Assembly: GCF_026988555.1 (NCBI RefSeq)
Contig: NZ_JALSLB010000059.1
Coordinates: 21,003-85,002 of the forward strand
Reading direction: 5' to 3'
From: Thermococcus sp.
GTDB taxonomy: Archaea; Methanobacteriota_B; Thermococci; Thermococcales; Thermococcaceae
Length of the DNA stretch: 64,000 bases
Each line of letters begins with the position of its first letter. Within the stretch, counting starts at the first letter, position 1. Below, piece after piece: positions 31,366-40,452 of the stretch. A model generated the notes under the pieces. The model was not told the DNA's origin. It worked only from the letters and a program-made list of their open reading frames with translations, and ran no database searches. Position numbers and translations under genes: made by a program.

Positions 31366-32385
31366 ATGGCCCACGTCGCTGAGTGGAAGAAGAAGGAAGT
31401 TGAAGAGCTCGCCAACGTCATCAAGGGGTATCCAGTGATAGCCCTCGTGGATGTTGCCGGCGTTCCGGCCTACCCACTCTCCAGAATGAGGGAGAAGCTT
31501 AGGGGGAAGGCCCTCCTCAGAGTTTCCAGGAACACTCTCATAGAGCTTGCCCTCAAGAGGGCTGCCCAGGAGCTCGGAAAACCAGAACTCGAAAAGCTCA
31601 TCGAGCACATAGAAGGAGGCGCTGGGATCCTGGCAACTGATATGAACCCATTTAAGCTCTACAAATTGCTTGAGGAGAGCAAAACCCCTGCCCCTGCCAA
31701 AGCCGGTGCAGTAGTTCCACACGATGTTATCATACCTGCTGGCCCAACTTCGCTGGCCCCGGGTCCGCTTGTTGGTGAGATGCAGTCCCTAGGGATTCCA
31801 GCGAGGATCGAGAAAGGCAAGGTCAATATACAGAAGGACTACACCGCCCTTAAGGCCGGCGAGGTCATCACCGACCAGCTCGCGAGGATACTTAACGCCC
31901 TCGGTATCGAGCCCCTTGAGGTCGGTCTCAACCTGCTCGCGGCCTACGAGGACGGACTCGTCTACACTCCAGAGGTCCTTGCCATCGATGAGAGCGAGTA
32001 TATCAACATGCTTCAGCGGGCCTATACCCATGCGTTCAACCTGTCGGTCAACACGGCGTACCCGACGAGCCAGACCATCGAGGCAATCATCCAGAAAGCC
32101 TTCCTCGGAGCAAAGAACGTCGCTGTAGAGGCTGGTTACATCACCCCAGAGACAATCGAGGACGTCTTTGGCAGGGCCCTGCGTGCGGTCCTGCTCATAG
32201 CAGGGGAGCTACCTGAGGAGCTGCTCGACGAGAGGACCAAAGAGCTTTTAAACCAAGGGGCACAAATAGCCGTTGCCGCTCAGCCTCAGCAGGAAGAACA
32301 GGTTGAGGAGGCTGAGGAAGAGGAGGAAGAAGAGGAAGCCTCCGAAGAGGAAGCACTCTCAGGACTGGGTGCGCTCTTCGGCTGA
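31366..32385 (+). CDS. rplP0: 50S ribosomal stalk protein P0 (L10)
   Basis: The ATG at 31366 follows [25 protein letters not shown] is the P0 N-terminus. It ends in an acidic tail, [22 protein letters not shown]. Confidence 0.95.
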   Translation: MAHVAEWKKKEVEELANVIKGYPVIALVDVAGVPAYPLSRMREKLRGKALLRVSRNTLIELALKRAAQELGKPELEKLIEHIEGGAGILATDMNPFKLYKLLEESKTPAPAKAGAVVPHDVIIPAGPTSLAPGPLVGEMQSLGIPARIEKGKVNIQKDYTALKAGEVITDQLARILNALGIEPLEVGLNLLAAYEDGLVYTPEVLAIDESEYINMLQRAYTHAFNLSVNTAYPTSQTIEAIIQKAFLGAKNVAVEAGYITPETIEDVFGRALRAVLLIAGELPEELLDERTKELLNQGAQIAVAAQPQQEEQVEEAEEEEEEEEASEEEALSGLGALFG

Positions 32386-32462
32386 ACTTTCCATTTCCCT
32401 CGTATCCCTGAACAGATCCGTGTGAAATGAATGAAAAATGAAGATGATTGGAGGTGCGAAAA

Positions 32463-32768
32463 ATGGAGTACGTATATGCCGCTCTGCTGCTCCACGCCGC
32501 TGGCAAGGAGATAACCGAGGAGAACATAAAGGCGGTCCTTGAGGCTGCCGGTGTTAGCGTCGATGAGGCAAGGATCAAGGCCCTCGTTGCAGCGCTTGAG
32601 GGTGTCAACATCGACGAGGTCATAGAGAAGGCCGCCATGCCGGTCGCCGCCCCGGTGGCCGTTGCTGCAGCCCCGACCCCGGCTTCAGAGGAGGCCCCGG
32701 TTGAGGAGGAAGAAGAGGAAGAGAAGGAAGAGGAGGCCCTCGCAGGTCTCGGCGCCCTCTTCGGCTGA
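32463..32768 (+). CDS. rpl12: 50S ribosomal stalk protein P1 (L12)
   Basis: The ATG at 32463 follows [37 protein letters not shown] is the N-terminus, and the tail is [20 protein letters not shown]. Confidence 0.95.
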   Translation: MEYVYAALLLHAAGKEITEENIKAVLEAAGVSVDEARIKALVAALEGVNIDEVIEKAAMPVAAPVAVAAAPTPASEEAPVEEEEEEEKEEEALAGLGALFG

Positions 32769-32785
32769 AATCCCTTTCTCTCTGT

Positions 32786-32819
32786 CCGCCCCCTGGCGGG
32801 CATCGCTTAATTTTCTTTA
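32786..32819 (+). terminator. Candidate terminator of the stalk operon
   Basis: A hairpin CCGCC-ccct-GGCGG (32786-32799) is followed by the T-rich TTAATTTTCTTT. Confidence 0.4.
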
Positions 32820-32911
32820 CAATTCAAACATCTTCTGGGCATGAGGCATTCATAACCTCAGAGTAGAATAGGGTTAAATAATTTGACCACCATACTTATC
32901 CGGTGGTCACC

Positions 32912-33199
32912 ATGCCCATAACCCTTGAGAAGATCGGGGGCAAACCCCTGGATAAAGCCCTTGAGGGAGCGACCCTCGCCACAAAGGTGCAAATCTTAGA
33001 AGAACTGATGGCCATCTACACGGAATGGGTAAGCATGGTGAGCGAGGTTCTCGTGGGGTCGTACGGAGTTAAAGGAGACATCAGTGCATACCGCGTTGAT
33101 GCCCATTACAAGATCATGAAAACAATGGAAAAGGTATACGCCACCAGCGAAGCTTACAAAGTTCTGGACGACCTGATACACGGCCTAACGCAGGAGTAA
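32912..33199 (+). CDS. Hypothetical small helical protein
   Basis: 95 aa from the ATG at 32912, preceded by GGTGGT. It sits in a lower-GC stretch, and I recognise no family. Confidence 0.45.
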   Translation: MPITLEKIGGKPLDKALEGATLATKVQILEELMAIYTEWVSMVSEVLVGSYGVKGDISAYRVDAHYKIMKTMEKVYATSEAYKVLDDLIHGLTQE

Positions 33200-33595
33200 A
33201 GTTCCCTTGTACCAATGGTCCTCTTTTAACCTCATTTTCATGGGGGGATACTCTGAAAGAGGCACTTCTATGATTACCCACATCTTTCCGCCAGCACTGA
33301 AGCTTTTGAGAAAAGCTTCACCAAAAGTTCGTAGCTCTTCTTAAACTGTCTAAGGGAGGAATTTCACTCATAATCCCTCATCTTTCAGACAAAGGTAAAC
33401 TTAAGCAACCCCCACACGGATTTATTCTCCTCTTGACGCCCTTCGGGCGTCGATTTAAAGTTAAACCCTCACTCACGGAGCAACTTGAACAGTTCCCACA
33501 GTCAAACGGCCCTTGAATAGGGAAATCACACGAAATTTAAGTCCTCACTAAGGAGCTACCAACTTTGATGAAACTTTGCGAAGGCAAAGTTTATG

Positions 33596-33671
33596 TGGCG
33601 GGCCCGGCGGGATTCGAACCCGCGGAGACCGGCTCCGAAGGCCGGCGCCATATCCCCTAGGCCACGGGCCC
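33596..33671 (-). tRNA. tRNA-Arg (anticodon UCG), CCA encoded
   Basis: Hand fold: acceptor GGGCCCG/CGGGCCC, anticodon stem CCGGC/GCCGG with loop CTTCGGA. T arm GCGGG-TTCGAAT-CCCGC, discriminator G and CCA. TATA TTTATTTT lies 24-31 nt upstream (33695-33702). Confidence 0.92.
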
Positions 33672-33718
33672 TCGGAAATGTTTTAAGGGTTGCCAAAATA
33701 AACCTTGCGGTGGTTTTT

Positions 33719-34210
33719 ATGATGCTGCCCGACTGGAAAATCAGAAAAGAGATCATGATCGAACCATTTAACGAGGGGTCCCTTCAGCCGGCGGGCTACG
33801 ACCTGAGCGTTGGGAAGGAAGCCTACATGAACGGGGAACTAATCGACGTTGAGGGGACTGGAAAAGTAGTGATCCCTCCAAAGACACACGCCCTCATCCT
33901 CACCCTCGAGCGCCTCAAGCTCCCAGATAACATCATGGGAGATATGAAGCTAAGGAGCAGCCTCGCCAGGGAGGGTTTACTCGGCTCGTTCGCGTGGGTT
34001 GATCCCGGATGGGATGGGAGACTGACACTCGCAGTATTCAACTCCGGGAACGAACCAGTGGAGCTCTTCCATGGTGAACGTTTTGTTCAGATAGCGTTTA
34101 TTCGCCTGGAGGGACCGTCAAAGCATCCCTACCGCGGAAGGTATCAGGGCAGTCAGGGGATAGCACATTCAAAAAGGCGCCTTCCTTCCCAAGATGCTGG
34201 AGCGAAGTAA
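33719..34210 (+). CDS. dUTP diphosphatase / dCTP deaminase-family protein
   Basis: 163 aa from the ATG at 33719 (MMLPDWKIRKEIMIEPFNEGSLQPAGYDLSVG...). This is the trimeric dUTPase-fold family. The track's N-terminal extension runs antisense through tRNA-Arg and is not credible. Confidence 0.85.
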   Translation: MMLPDWKIRKEIMIEPFNEGSLQPAGYDLSVGKEAYMNGELIDVEGTGKVVIPPKTHALILTLERLKLPDNIMGDMKLRSSLAREGLLGSFAWVDPGWDGRLTLAVFNSGNEPVELFHGERFVQIAFIRLEGPSKHPYRGRYQGSQGIAHSKRRLPSQDAGAK

Positions 34211-34472
34211 ACCATTTCATTTTCCAGTCCCATATGTTACATCGGAGGAATATACCCACAGATGGTGTATAAAGCCGCTGTTAAGAGAAGAAGATGCTTC
34301 CTAAATTTAACAGTGATTTATGTGTCCCATCTGGATAGGGGCTTTTATCAAGAAACATCCAATTCCCTTAAGTTAGATTTTGGTTAGGGTCACAGAAGAA
34401 GGTTCAATGGTCAAGTTAGTTCCCTATGCGGGAGATGAAAGCGTAGAAAGGAAGGAAATGGCCCCGTTTTAC

Positions 34473-34488
34473 CGAAAGGTTTATATAT
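34473..34488 (+). promoter_or_regulatory. BRE/TATA promoter of the histone gene
   Basis: CGAAAGG-TTTATATAT lies about 50 nt upstream of the ATG. RBS GGAGGTG lies before 34538. Confidence 0.5.
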
Positions 34489-34537
34489 CTTCAATTGCCT
34501 AAAGGATTATGAAAAACCCTTCCTGGAGGTGTTGTGA

Positions 34538-34741
34538 ATGGCTGAGTTGCCGATTGCCCCTATTGACAGGCTGATTAGGAAGGCCGGTGCTGAGAGGGTC
34601 AGTGAGGAGGCCGCCAAGGTCCTCGCCGAATACCTCGAGGAATACACCATCGAGCTTGCCAAGAAGTCAACCGAGTACGCCAGGCACGCCGGCAGAAAGA
34701 CCGTCAAGGCCGAGGACATCAAGCTCGCCATCAAGGCTTGA
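34538..34741 (+). CDS. Archaeal histone (HMf family)
   Basis: 67 aa. [36 protein letters not shown]...[17 protein letters not shown] is a canonical archaeal histone fold. Confidence 0.95.
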   Translation: MAELPIAPIDRLIRKAGAERVSEEAAKVLAEYLEEYTIELAKKSTEYARHAGRKTVKAEDIKLAIKA

Positions 34742-34814
34742 AGGCCGTTTTTGCCTCTTTTGCTTCATATTTCCCAGCCGTTAAGATTTTAAGTCCATTC
34801 TTCAGGTTTCAGAC

Positions 34815-36089
34815 ATGCCCGAGATAGTCGTCCGAATGACCAAACGCAACCACAACGCCTTCGTCCATCTCCTCGGTGCCCTGGAGAGCCAGGGTTTTGA
34901 CCTAAGTGAGCTTCTAGTAACCAAGGACTTCGGGGAGATACTCCAGGCAAAACCGAGGGTGGTTCTCTACTCCTTCTTCACGGAGGAGATATGGGGAGAC
35001 CTGCCCAAGGAGGTCCAGCTGTTAAAGAAGGAGGGGGCCCTTTTAATAGCCGGAGGCTACCACGCAATAGCCATGCCGAAGCACACCCTGAACCAGCTCG
35101 GCTTTGATATCGCCGTTATAGGGGAGGGCGAGGAGGTTCTCTACCAGCTCCTCACCGTGCTGAAAAAGACCGGATACAAGATCACAGGGGAGCTCCTCGA
35201 CATCAGGGGGCTCGCTTTTCACATCAACGGCGAGTTCATCTTTACGGGCTTCGCTAAGGTCGAAGATTTCTGGCGCTTCCCGCCGTATCCCGAGAGCGTT
35301 CGCTTGATATCCCCCATCGAGATAACAAGGGGCTGTCCCTTCGGTTGCTACTACTGCCAGACACCGTACATCAAGGGGCTCCGGATGAGACACAGGCCAA
35401 TAGACCAAGTGGTAAAGTACTCAAGGAGAATGAAAGACATGCGCTATATAACCCCCAACGCCTTCGCCTATGGAAGCCCCGGGGCAATAATGAAGCTGGA
35501 TAAGCTTGAGGCCCTTCTCAGGGCACTCCAACCCCTCCGGAAAGAGGGCAGGAGGCTCTTCTACGGGACGTTCCCTAGTGAGGTCAGACCGGAGTTTGTT
35601 CTGCCTGAGACCCTTGAACTGCTCGTAGACTACGCAGACAACAGGCGTTTGGCCATAGGCGCCCAGAGCGGCGACGATGCCATGCTGAGGGCCATGCACA
35701 GGATTCACAGGGTCGAGCACGTCCAGCGGGCGGTGGAATACATGCTTGAGTACGGCTTTGAGCCGGTCGTTGACTTCATAGTAGGCCTCCCAAACGAGAG
35801 CGAGGAGAGCCAGCGCAAAAGTATCGAGCTGATGAAATGGATCTTGAGGAGGGGAGGAAAGGTCCGTGCTCATTACTTCATGCCACTTCCCGGAACGCCC
35901 TGGGCACGTTGCAGGCCGAGCCCGTTGAGTGAGGAGATGAAGCGCTTTTTGGGAAGAATGGCCGCTAAGGGGAAGATAGAGGGCTCGTGGGGGGTTCAGA
36001 TAGAGCTCTCAAAGAGGCTCCAGAGGCTCATTGAGGAGTTCTACGAGGAGCCGATGAGCCACACGATTCCAGTGAGGGACGTCTGCTGA
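34815..36089 (+). CDS. Radical SAM protein with an N-terminal B12-binding-like domain
   Basis: 424 aa with the CxxxCxxC cluster motif GCPFGCYYCQ. The N-terminal Rossmann-like segment is typical of the B12-binding/radical SAM class. Confidence 0.85.
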   Translation: MPEIVVRMTKRNHNAFVHLLGALESQGFDLSELLVTKDFGEILQAKPRVVLYSFFTEEIWGDLPKEVQLLKKEGALLIAGGYHAIAMPKHTLNQLGFDIAVIGEGEEVLYQLLTVLKKTGYKITGELLDIRGLAFHINGEFIFTGFAKVEDFWRFPPYPESVRLISPIEITRGCPFGCYYCQTPYIKGLRMRHRPIDQVVKYSRRMKDMRYITPNAFAYGSPGAIMKLDKLEALLRALQPLRKEGRRLFYGTFPSEVRPEFVLPETLELLVDYADNRRLAIGAQSGDDAMLRAMHRIHRVEHVQRAVEYMLEYGFEPVVDFIVGLPNESEESQRKSIELMKWILRRGGKVRAHYFMPLPGTPWARCRPSPLSEEMKRFLGRMAAKGKIEGSWGVQIELSKRLQRLIEEFYEEPMSHTIPVRDVC

Positions 36090-36137
36090 GCGAAAGGTTT
36101 TGGAGCCCCATCGTACAACACAAAATCGAGTGGTGGT

Positions 36138-36359
36138 ATGAAAGATCCCTGGACTTTTTTTCTCGATAGCGGTCTTCCTGGCGTTCTCATATATTGCCTG
36201 GGAACAGCAGGGATAGTATCAGCCCTGATAATATCCTCCGTTATCCTATTCACGGTTTCAAGCCCCAAGCGTGCTGGAGCCCTGTTCTTCTTCACTGGAT
36301 TCCTTGTGGGATTTGTTGTAGCAGTGACCATAGCGCACTATATAAAACCCAAGGTATAG
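36138..36359 (+). CDS. Small two-TM membrane protein
   Basis: 73 aa with two hydrophobic helices (GVLIYCLGTAGIVSALIISSVILF; ALFFFTGFLVGFVVAVTIA). GGTGGT lies immediately upstream. Confidence 0.5.
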   Translation: MKDPWTFFLDSGLPGVLIYCLGTAGIVSALIISSVILFTVSSPKRAGALFFFTGFLVGFVVAVTIAHYIKPKV

Positions 36360-36518
36360 AAAGCGTCCTTCTTTTTGCTTTTCCAGCTGGAGATGCCCTC
36401 TTTTCCCTCTGGTACGTGAGCAGGAGAGATTACATGAGATGGCCCATCTTTGGACACAGATACGGACTGTAGCAATAGGCTTATAACCCCTTAACGCCGT
36501 TATCGACACGACGGCGAA

Positions 36519-36956
36519 ATGTACGCCGAAAACTATAAAAGATTCCTCGAACTTATAGACGAAGTGCGAGAGTTTGAGGGGGCCATCGTAGTTGAAGGCC
36601 CGCGAGACGAGGTGGCCTTGAGGAATCTGGGGGTCAGGGTGGAGATAATAAGGCTCTCACGCTTACCGCTCTCCGAAACAGCTCTCATCGCATCATCATT
36701 TGGGAATGTAATGATCCTTACCGACTTCGACAGTGCTGGGGAGGAACTCGCGGGGAAGCTGCTCCGGTACCTGGAGGGTTTCCCGTGCAGGGTTGACTCA
36801 AAGACGCGCAGGGAGCTTAGGAGGATAGTCAAGAAGGACATAAAGGGCGTTGAGGATCTGTACAGGCTGTACCTGAAAACAGCCTCCGTTTCTGACCCCC
36901 AATGGAGGGGATACAATGAAGCGAAAAAAGACCGTGCTTCACCACATTTTAGCTGA
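36519..36956 (+). CDS. Small Toprim-domain protein (UPF0292-like)
   Basis: 145 aa. IVVEGPRDEVALRNLG...VMILTDFDSAGEEL carries the Toprim E and DxD motifs. It sits immediately upstream of dnaG. Confidence 0.8.
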   Translation: MYAENYKRFLELIDEVREFEGAIVVEGPRDEVALRNLGVRVEIIRLSRLPLSETALIASSFGNVMILTDFDSAGEELAGKLLRYLEGFPCRVDSKTRRELRRIVKKDIKGVEDLYRLYLKTASVSDPQWRGYNEAKKDRASPHFS

Positions 36957-36993
36957 AAAGCAGAAGTTTGAAAAAAGGAAGGAAGGTGATGGT

Positions 36994-38322
36994 ATGTCAG
37001 CCAAGGATGAATTCGGAACGACTAAATATGTTGTCTACGCCGAGTTCGAGGCAAGTGGAATCGTTGAAAGGCCTGACGTCGTCGGGGCAATTTTCGGTCA
37101 AACTGAGGGCCTTCTGGGTGACGATCTCGACCTCAGGGAACTCCAGAAGACTGGAAGGATTGGAAGGATAAAAGTTGAAGTTCACACAAAGGGCGGAAAG
37201 ACCTACGGCACTATAACCGTCCCATCGAGCCTTGACAGGGTTGAGACCGCCATCCTGGCGGCCGCATTGGAGACCATCGACAGAGTAGGACCCGCCGAGG
37301 CCCACATCAAGGTTCTCAGGATTGAAGACGTTCGTGCCACCAAGAGGAAGTACATCATAGAGAGGGCAAAACAGATACTTGAAAACCTCATGGAGCAGGA
37401 GATACCCGAGACCCAGGAGCTTACCGAGGAAGTCAAGAAAGCGGTCCGCGCCAAGGAACTCATAGAGTACGGCCCTGAAAAGCTTCCATCCGGTCCGCAC
37501 GTTCCGTTCTCGGACTCCATCATAGTCGTTGAGGGAAGGGCGGACGTCCTTAACCTGCTCAAACACGGCATAAAGAACGCCATAGCCGTGGAAGGGACGT
37601 CGATTCCGGAAACGATAATCAAGCTCAGCAAGGAGAGAATAGTTACAACCTTCACCGACGGCGACCGCGGCGGTGAGCTCATCCTCAAGGAGCTCCTTCA
37701 GGTGGCGGATGTTGACTACGTGGCAAGGGCACCGGAGGGCAAGGAGGTCGAGGAGCTTACCAAGAAGGAGATAGTCAAGTCCCTCAGGAGCAAGGTTCCG
37801 GCCGAGCAGGTCATAACCGAAATATTCTACAAAGGCAGAAACTTCTATGAAGTGATAAGGGAAAAGGAAAGGGCTGAAAGTGAAAAGAAAGAGACAAAGG
37901 GCCATGTTGCCCCGACTAGGGTTCAAGTTCAGAGATCAGAAAACCGTCCCGCGACGGAGGCAAGATCACACGAAAAACCCGAACCGAAACGAGAAGAGAG
38001 GATAGTAAGGCCGATTCAGAAGGGGGCAGCCAGTGAACTGGAGCCCTTTAAGGAGTACGTTGAAAAGGTCAAGGGAGCCAAGGACTCCATTGCACTCCTG
38101 CTGGACAGGGACAAGAAGGTTATAGCAGAGGTACCTGTGAGAGAACTCACAAACAGGATAAAAGAAGAGAAAGGCGCCTATGCAGTTGTCTTCAACGGCG
38201 TCATAACCCAGAGACTAATAGACAACGTCAGCGAGAGCGGTATCAAGTACCTCGTCGGTGCAAGGAAGTACAACGTCGTAAGGCGCCCGATAAACCTCAA
38301 GATAGTCACCTTCGCAGAGTGA
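36994..38322 (+). CDS. dnaG: Archaeal DnaG primase-like protein (exosome-associated)
   Basis: 442 aa from the ATG at 36994, which follows GGTGAT. The sequence includes YAEFEASGIVERPDVVGAIFGQTEGLLG. The Toprim motifs are IIVVEGRADVLNLLKHG and FTDGDRGGE. Confidence 0.9.
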   Translation: MSAKDEFGTTKYVVYAEFEASGIVERPDVVGAIFGQTEGLLGDDLDLRELQKTGRIGRIKVEVHTKGGKTYGTITVPSSLDRVETAILAAALETIDRVGPAEAHIKVLRIEDVRATKRKYIIERAKQILENLMEQEIPETQELTEEVKKAVRAKELIEYGPEKLPSGPHVPFSDSIIVVEGRADVLNLLKHGIKNAIAVEGTSIPETIIKLSKERIVTTFTDGDRGGELILKELLQVADVDYVARAPEGKEVEELTKKEIVKSLRSKVPAEQVITEIFYKGRNFYEVIREKERAESEKKETKGHVAPTRVQVQRSENRPATEARSHEKPEPKREERIVRPIQKGAASELEPFKEYVEKVKGAKDSIALLLDRDKKVIAEVPVRELTNRIKEEKGAYAVVFNGVITQRLIDNVSESGIKYLVGARKYNVVRRPINLKIVTFAE

Positions 38323-38423
38323 CTCCCTTTTTCTTATACCTCTTCTTTTCCTATACCTCTTCCGGGAACTTCAGGCAAAACGTTCTTAAACTTCCAGAGT
38401 AACAACTTATCCGGTGCATCTAC

Positions 38424-38600
38424 GTGGGGATTAAAGTCGCACTTCTGGGTATCGGTCTGCTGCTGTGGGGAATTCTACTAGCTATTACGGGTTTTGGAAC
38501 GGCAGGCCTCATCTCAGGAGGTGTTGGTATTGTCCTTGTGTTCTACGAGGCCGTGAGGTGGGACGAAGGGAGCGAGGAGATATACAAAGACCAAGACTAA
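38424..38600 (+). CDS. Candidate 58-aa two-TM membrane protein
   Basis: A GTG start with GGTG 7 nt upstream. It encodes MGIKVALLGIGLLLWGILLAITGFGTAGLISGGVGIVLVFYEAVRWDEGSEEIYKDQD. It falls below the ORF-track cutoff, and the listed ORF in another frame (38465..38743) looks spurious. Confidence 0.4.
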   Translation: MGIKVALLGIGLLLWGILLAITGFGTAGLISGGVGIVLVFYEAVRWDEGSEEIYKDQD

Positions 38601-38642
38601 ACTTTATAACGTCCCCCCATCTTCTTTTCCCGGTGGTGAAAA

Positions 38643-40364
38643 ATGGAGACAGAGATGGTTATCTGGAAATACGCGCTCATCAACGCATACAGGCACGGAG
38701 GAAAGGCAAACCCCAAAGCCGTCATCGGGAAGGCCCTGGGTGAGAACCCCGAGCTCAGGCCAAGGGCAAAGGAGATAATACCCCTCGTGAACGAAATTGT
38801 GGAGAAGGTTAACGCGCTCCCCTCTGAGGAGCAGGAGGCCAAGCTGCGGGAGATTTACCCTGAGTTCTTTGATGAGAAGAAGACCAAGACGGAAGAAAAG
38901 AAGGGTCTTCCACCGCTCTCCAAAGCGGAAAAAGGAAAGGTCGTTACCCGCTTCGCCCCAAACCCAGATGGTGCCTTCCATCTGGGAAACGCCCGCGCCG
39001 CAATTTTGAGCCACGAGTACGCGAGGCTCTACGGCGGCAGGTTCATACTCCGCTTCGACGACACCGATCCGAAGGTCAAGAGACCCGAGCCCAAGTTCTA
39101 CGAGTGGATCAAGGAGGACCTCGAGTGGCTTGGCTTCAAGGTCGATGAGGTTCACATCGCCAGCGATAGGCTGGAGATATACTACAGGTACGCGGAGGAG
39201 CTCATAAAGGGCGGAAAGGCCTACGTCTGCACCTGCCCGCCGGAGAAGTTCCGCGAGCTTCGCGACAGGGGCATCGCCTGTCCGCACAGAGAAGAGCCGC
39301 CGGAGGTCCAGCTCGAGCGCTGGAGGAAGATGCTGAACGGAGAGTACCGGGAAGGCGAAGCCGTCGTCAGGATAAAGACTGACCTTAAGCACCCCAACCC
39401 CGCCGTCCGCGACTGGCCGGCGCTGAGAATAATCGATAACGCGGACCACCCGCGTGTCGGCGACAGGTACCGTGTCTGGCCGCTCTACAACTTTGCCTCG
39501 GCCATAGATGACCACGAACTTGGCGTCACCCACATCTTCCGCGGACAGGAGCACGCGGAGAACGAGACAAGACAGCGCTACCTCTACGACTACTTCGGCT
39601 GGGAATACCCGCAGACGGTTCACCACGGAAGGCTCAGCATCGAGGGTGTCATCCTCAGCAAGTCCAAAACCAGAAAGGGAATAGAAGAGGGCAGGTACCT
39701 CGGCTGGGACGACCCCAGGCTCGGCACCATAAGGGCCCTCAGGAGGCGCGGCATAAGGCCTGAGGCAATAAGGGAACTCATCATCGAGGTCGGCCTCAAG
39801 AGGAGCGACACCACGATAAGCTGGGACAATTTAGCCGCGATAAACAGGAAGATAATCGAGCCGATAGCAAACCGCTACTTCTTCGTCGCTGACCCGATTC
39901 CGATGTACATCGAGGGCTATGACGAGGAATTCATTGCCGAGATTCCGCTCCACCCGGACCACCCGGAGAGGGGCGTTAGAAAGCTCAAGTTCGTGCCCGG
40001 AAAACCCATCTACGTCTCGAAGGATGACATGGAGCTGTTCAAGCCAGGCAACTTCGTCCGCCTGAAGGACCTCTTCAACGTTGAGATAGTCGAGGTCTCC
40101 GATGGGGGCATAAAAGCGAGGTTCCACAGCGTCGACTACGAAGTCGCCAGGGAGAACCGCTGGAGGATGGTTCACTGGATCACCGCTAGGAAGCCCTGTG
40201 AGGTCCTTGTCCCGGAGGGGGACGAGCTGGTGGTCAGAAAAGGCATCCTCGAGGGAGACGCTGACGTTAAGGCAGATGACATCGTCCAGTTCGAGCGCTT
40301 TGGCTTCGTCAGAATAGACGAGGTAAAAGATGGAAAGGTTCGGGCGATCTTCGCTCACAGATGA
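38643..40364 (+). CDS. gltX: Glutamate--tRNA ligase (archaeal type)
   Basis: 573 aa with a class I HIGH-type motif (RFAPNPDGAFHLGNARAA) and a KMSKS-type motif (ILSKSK). Confidence 0.95.
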   Translation: METEMVIWKYALINAYRHGGKANPKAVIGKALGENPELRPRAKEIIPLVNEIVEKVNALPSEEQEAKLREIYPEFFDEKKTKTEEKKGLPPLSKAEKGKVVTRFAPNPDGAFHLGNARAAILSHEYARLYGGRFILRFDDTDPKVKRPEPKFYEWIKEDLEWLGFKVDEVHIASDRLEIYYRYAEELIKGGKAYVCTCPPEKFRELRDRGIACPHREEPPEVQLERWRKMLNGEYREGEAVVRIKTDLKHPNPAVRDWPALRIIDNADHPRVGDRYRVWPLYNFASAIDDHELGVTHIFRGQEHAENETRQRYLYDYFGWEYPQTVHHGRLSIEGVILSKSKTRKGIEEGRYLGWDDPRLGTIRALRRRGIRPEAIRELIIEVGLKRSDTTISWDNLAAINRKIIEPIANRYFFVADPIPMYIEGYDEEFIAEIPLHPDHPERGVRKLKFVPGKPIYVSKDDMELFKPGNFVRLKDLFNVEIVEVSDGGIKARFHSVDYEVARENRWRMVHWITARKPCEVLVPEGDELVVRKGILEGDADVKADDIVQFERFGFVRIDEVKDGKVRAIFAHR

Positions 40365-40452
40365 CACCCATTATTCCTTTGCTTTATAAGGACGTACCCC
40401 CACGCGAGCTAAAGGGCGGGACTAAAAACGAAAATTAAAAAGAGAAGGGAAA

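Noticed and set aside
32290-32768. Direct repeat of acidic GAA/GAG-rich sequence ending in GGxGCxCTCTTCGGCTGA at the ends of two adjacent genes.
   Set aside because: It is explained by the conserved C-terminal stalk peptide (EE...AL(S/A)GLGALFG) shared by P0 and P1. It is not a repeat element.
32780-33671. Integrated virus or plasmid at tRNA-Arg.
   Set aside because: There is no integrase fragment and no direct repeat of the tRNA 3' half anywhere in the flanking 1 kb. Only lower GC and an orphan ORF support the idea, so it is kept as a low-confidence finding rather than called a mobile element.
38465-38743. 92-aa ORF overlapping the gltX start.
   Set aside because: It is Arg/Gly/Cys-rich nonsense and overlaps gltX. 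The alternative frame gives a clean two-TM 58-aa protein, which is listed with low confidence.
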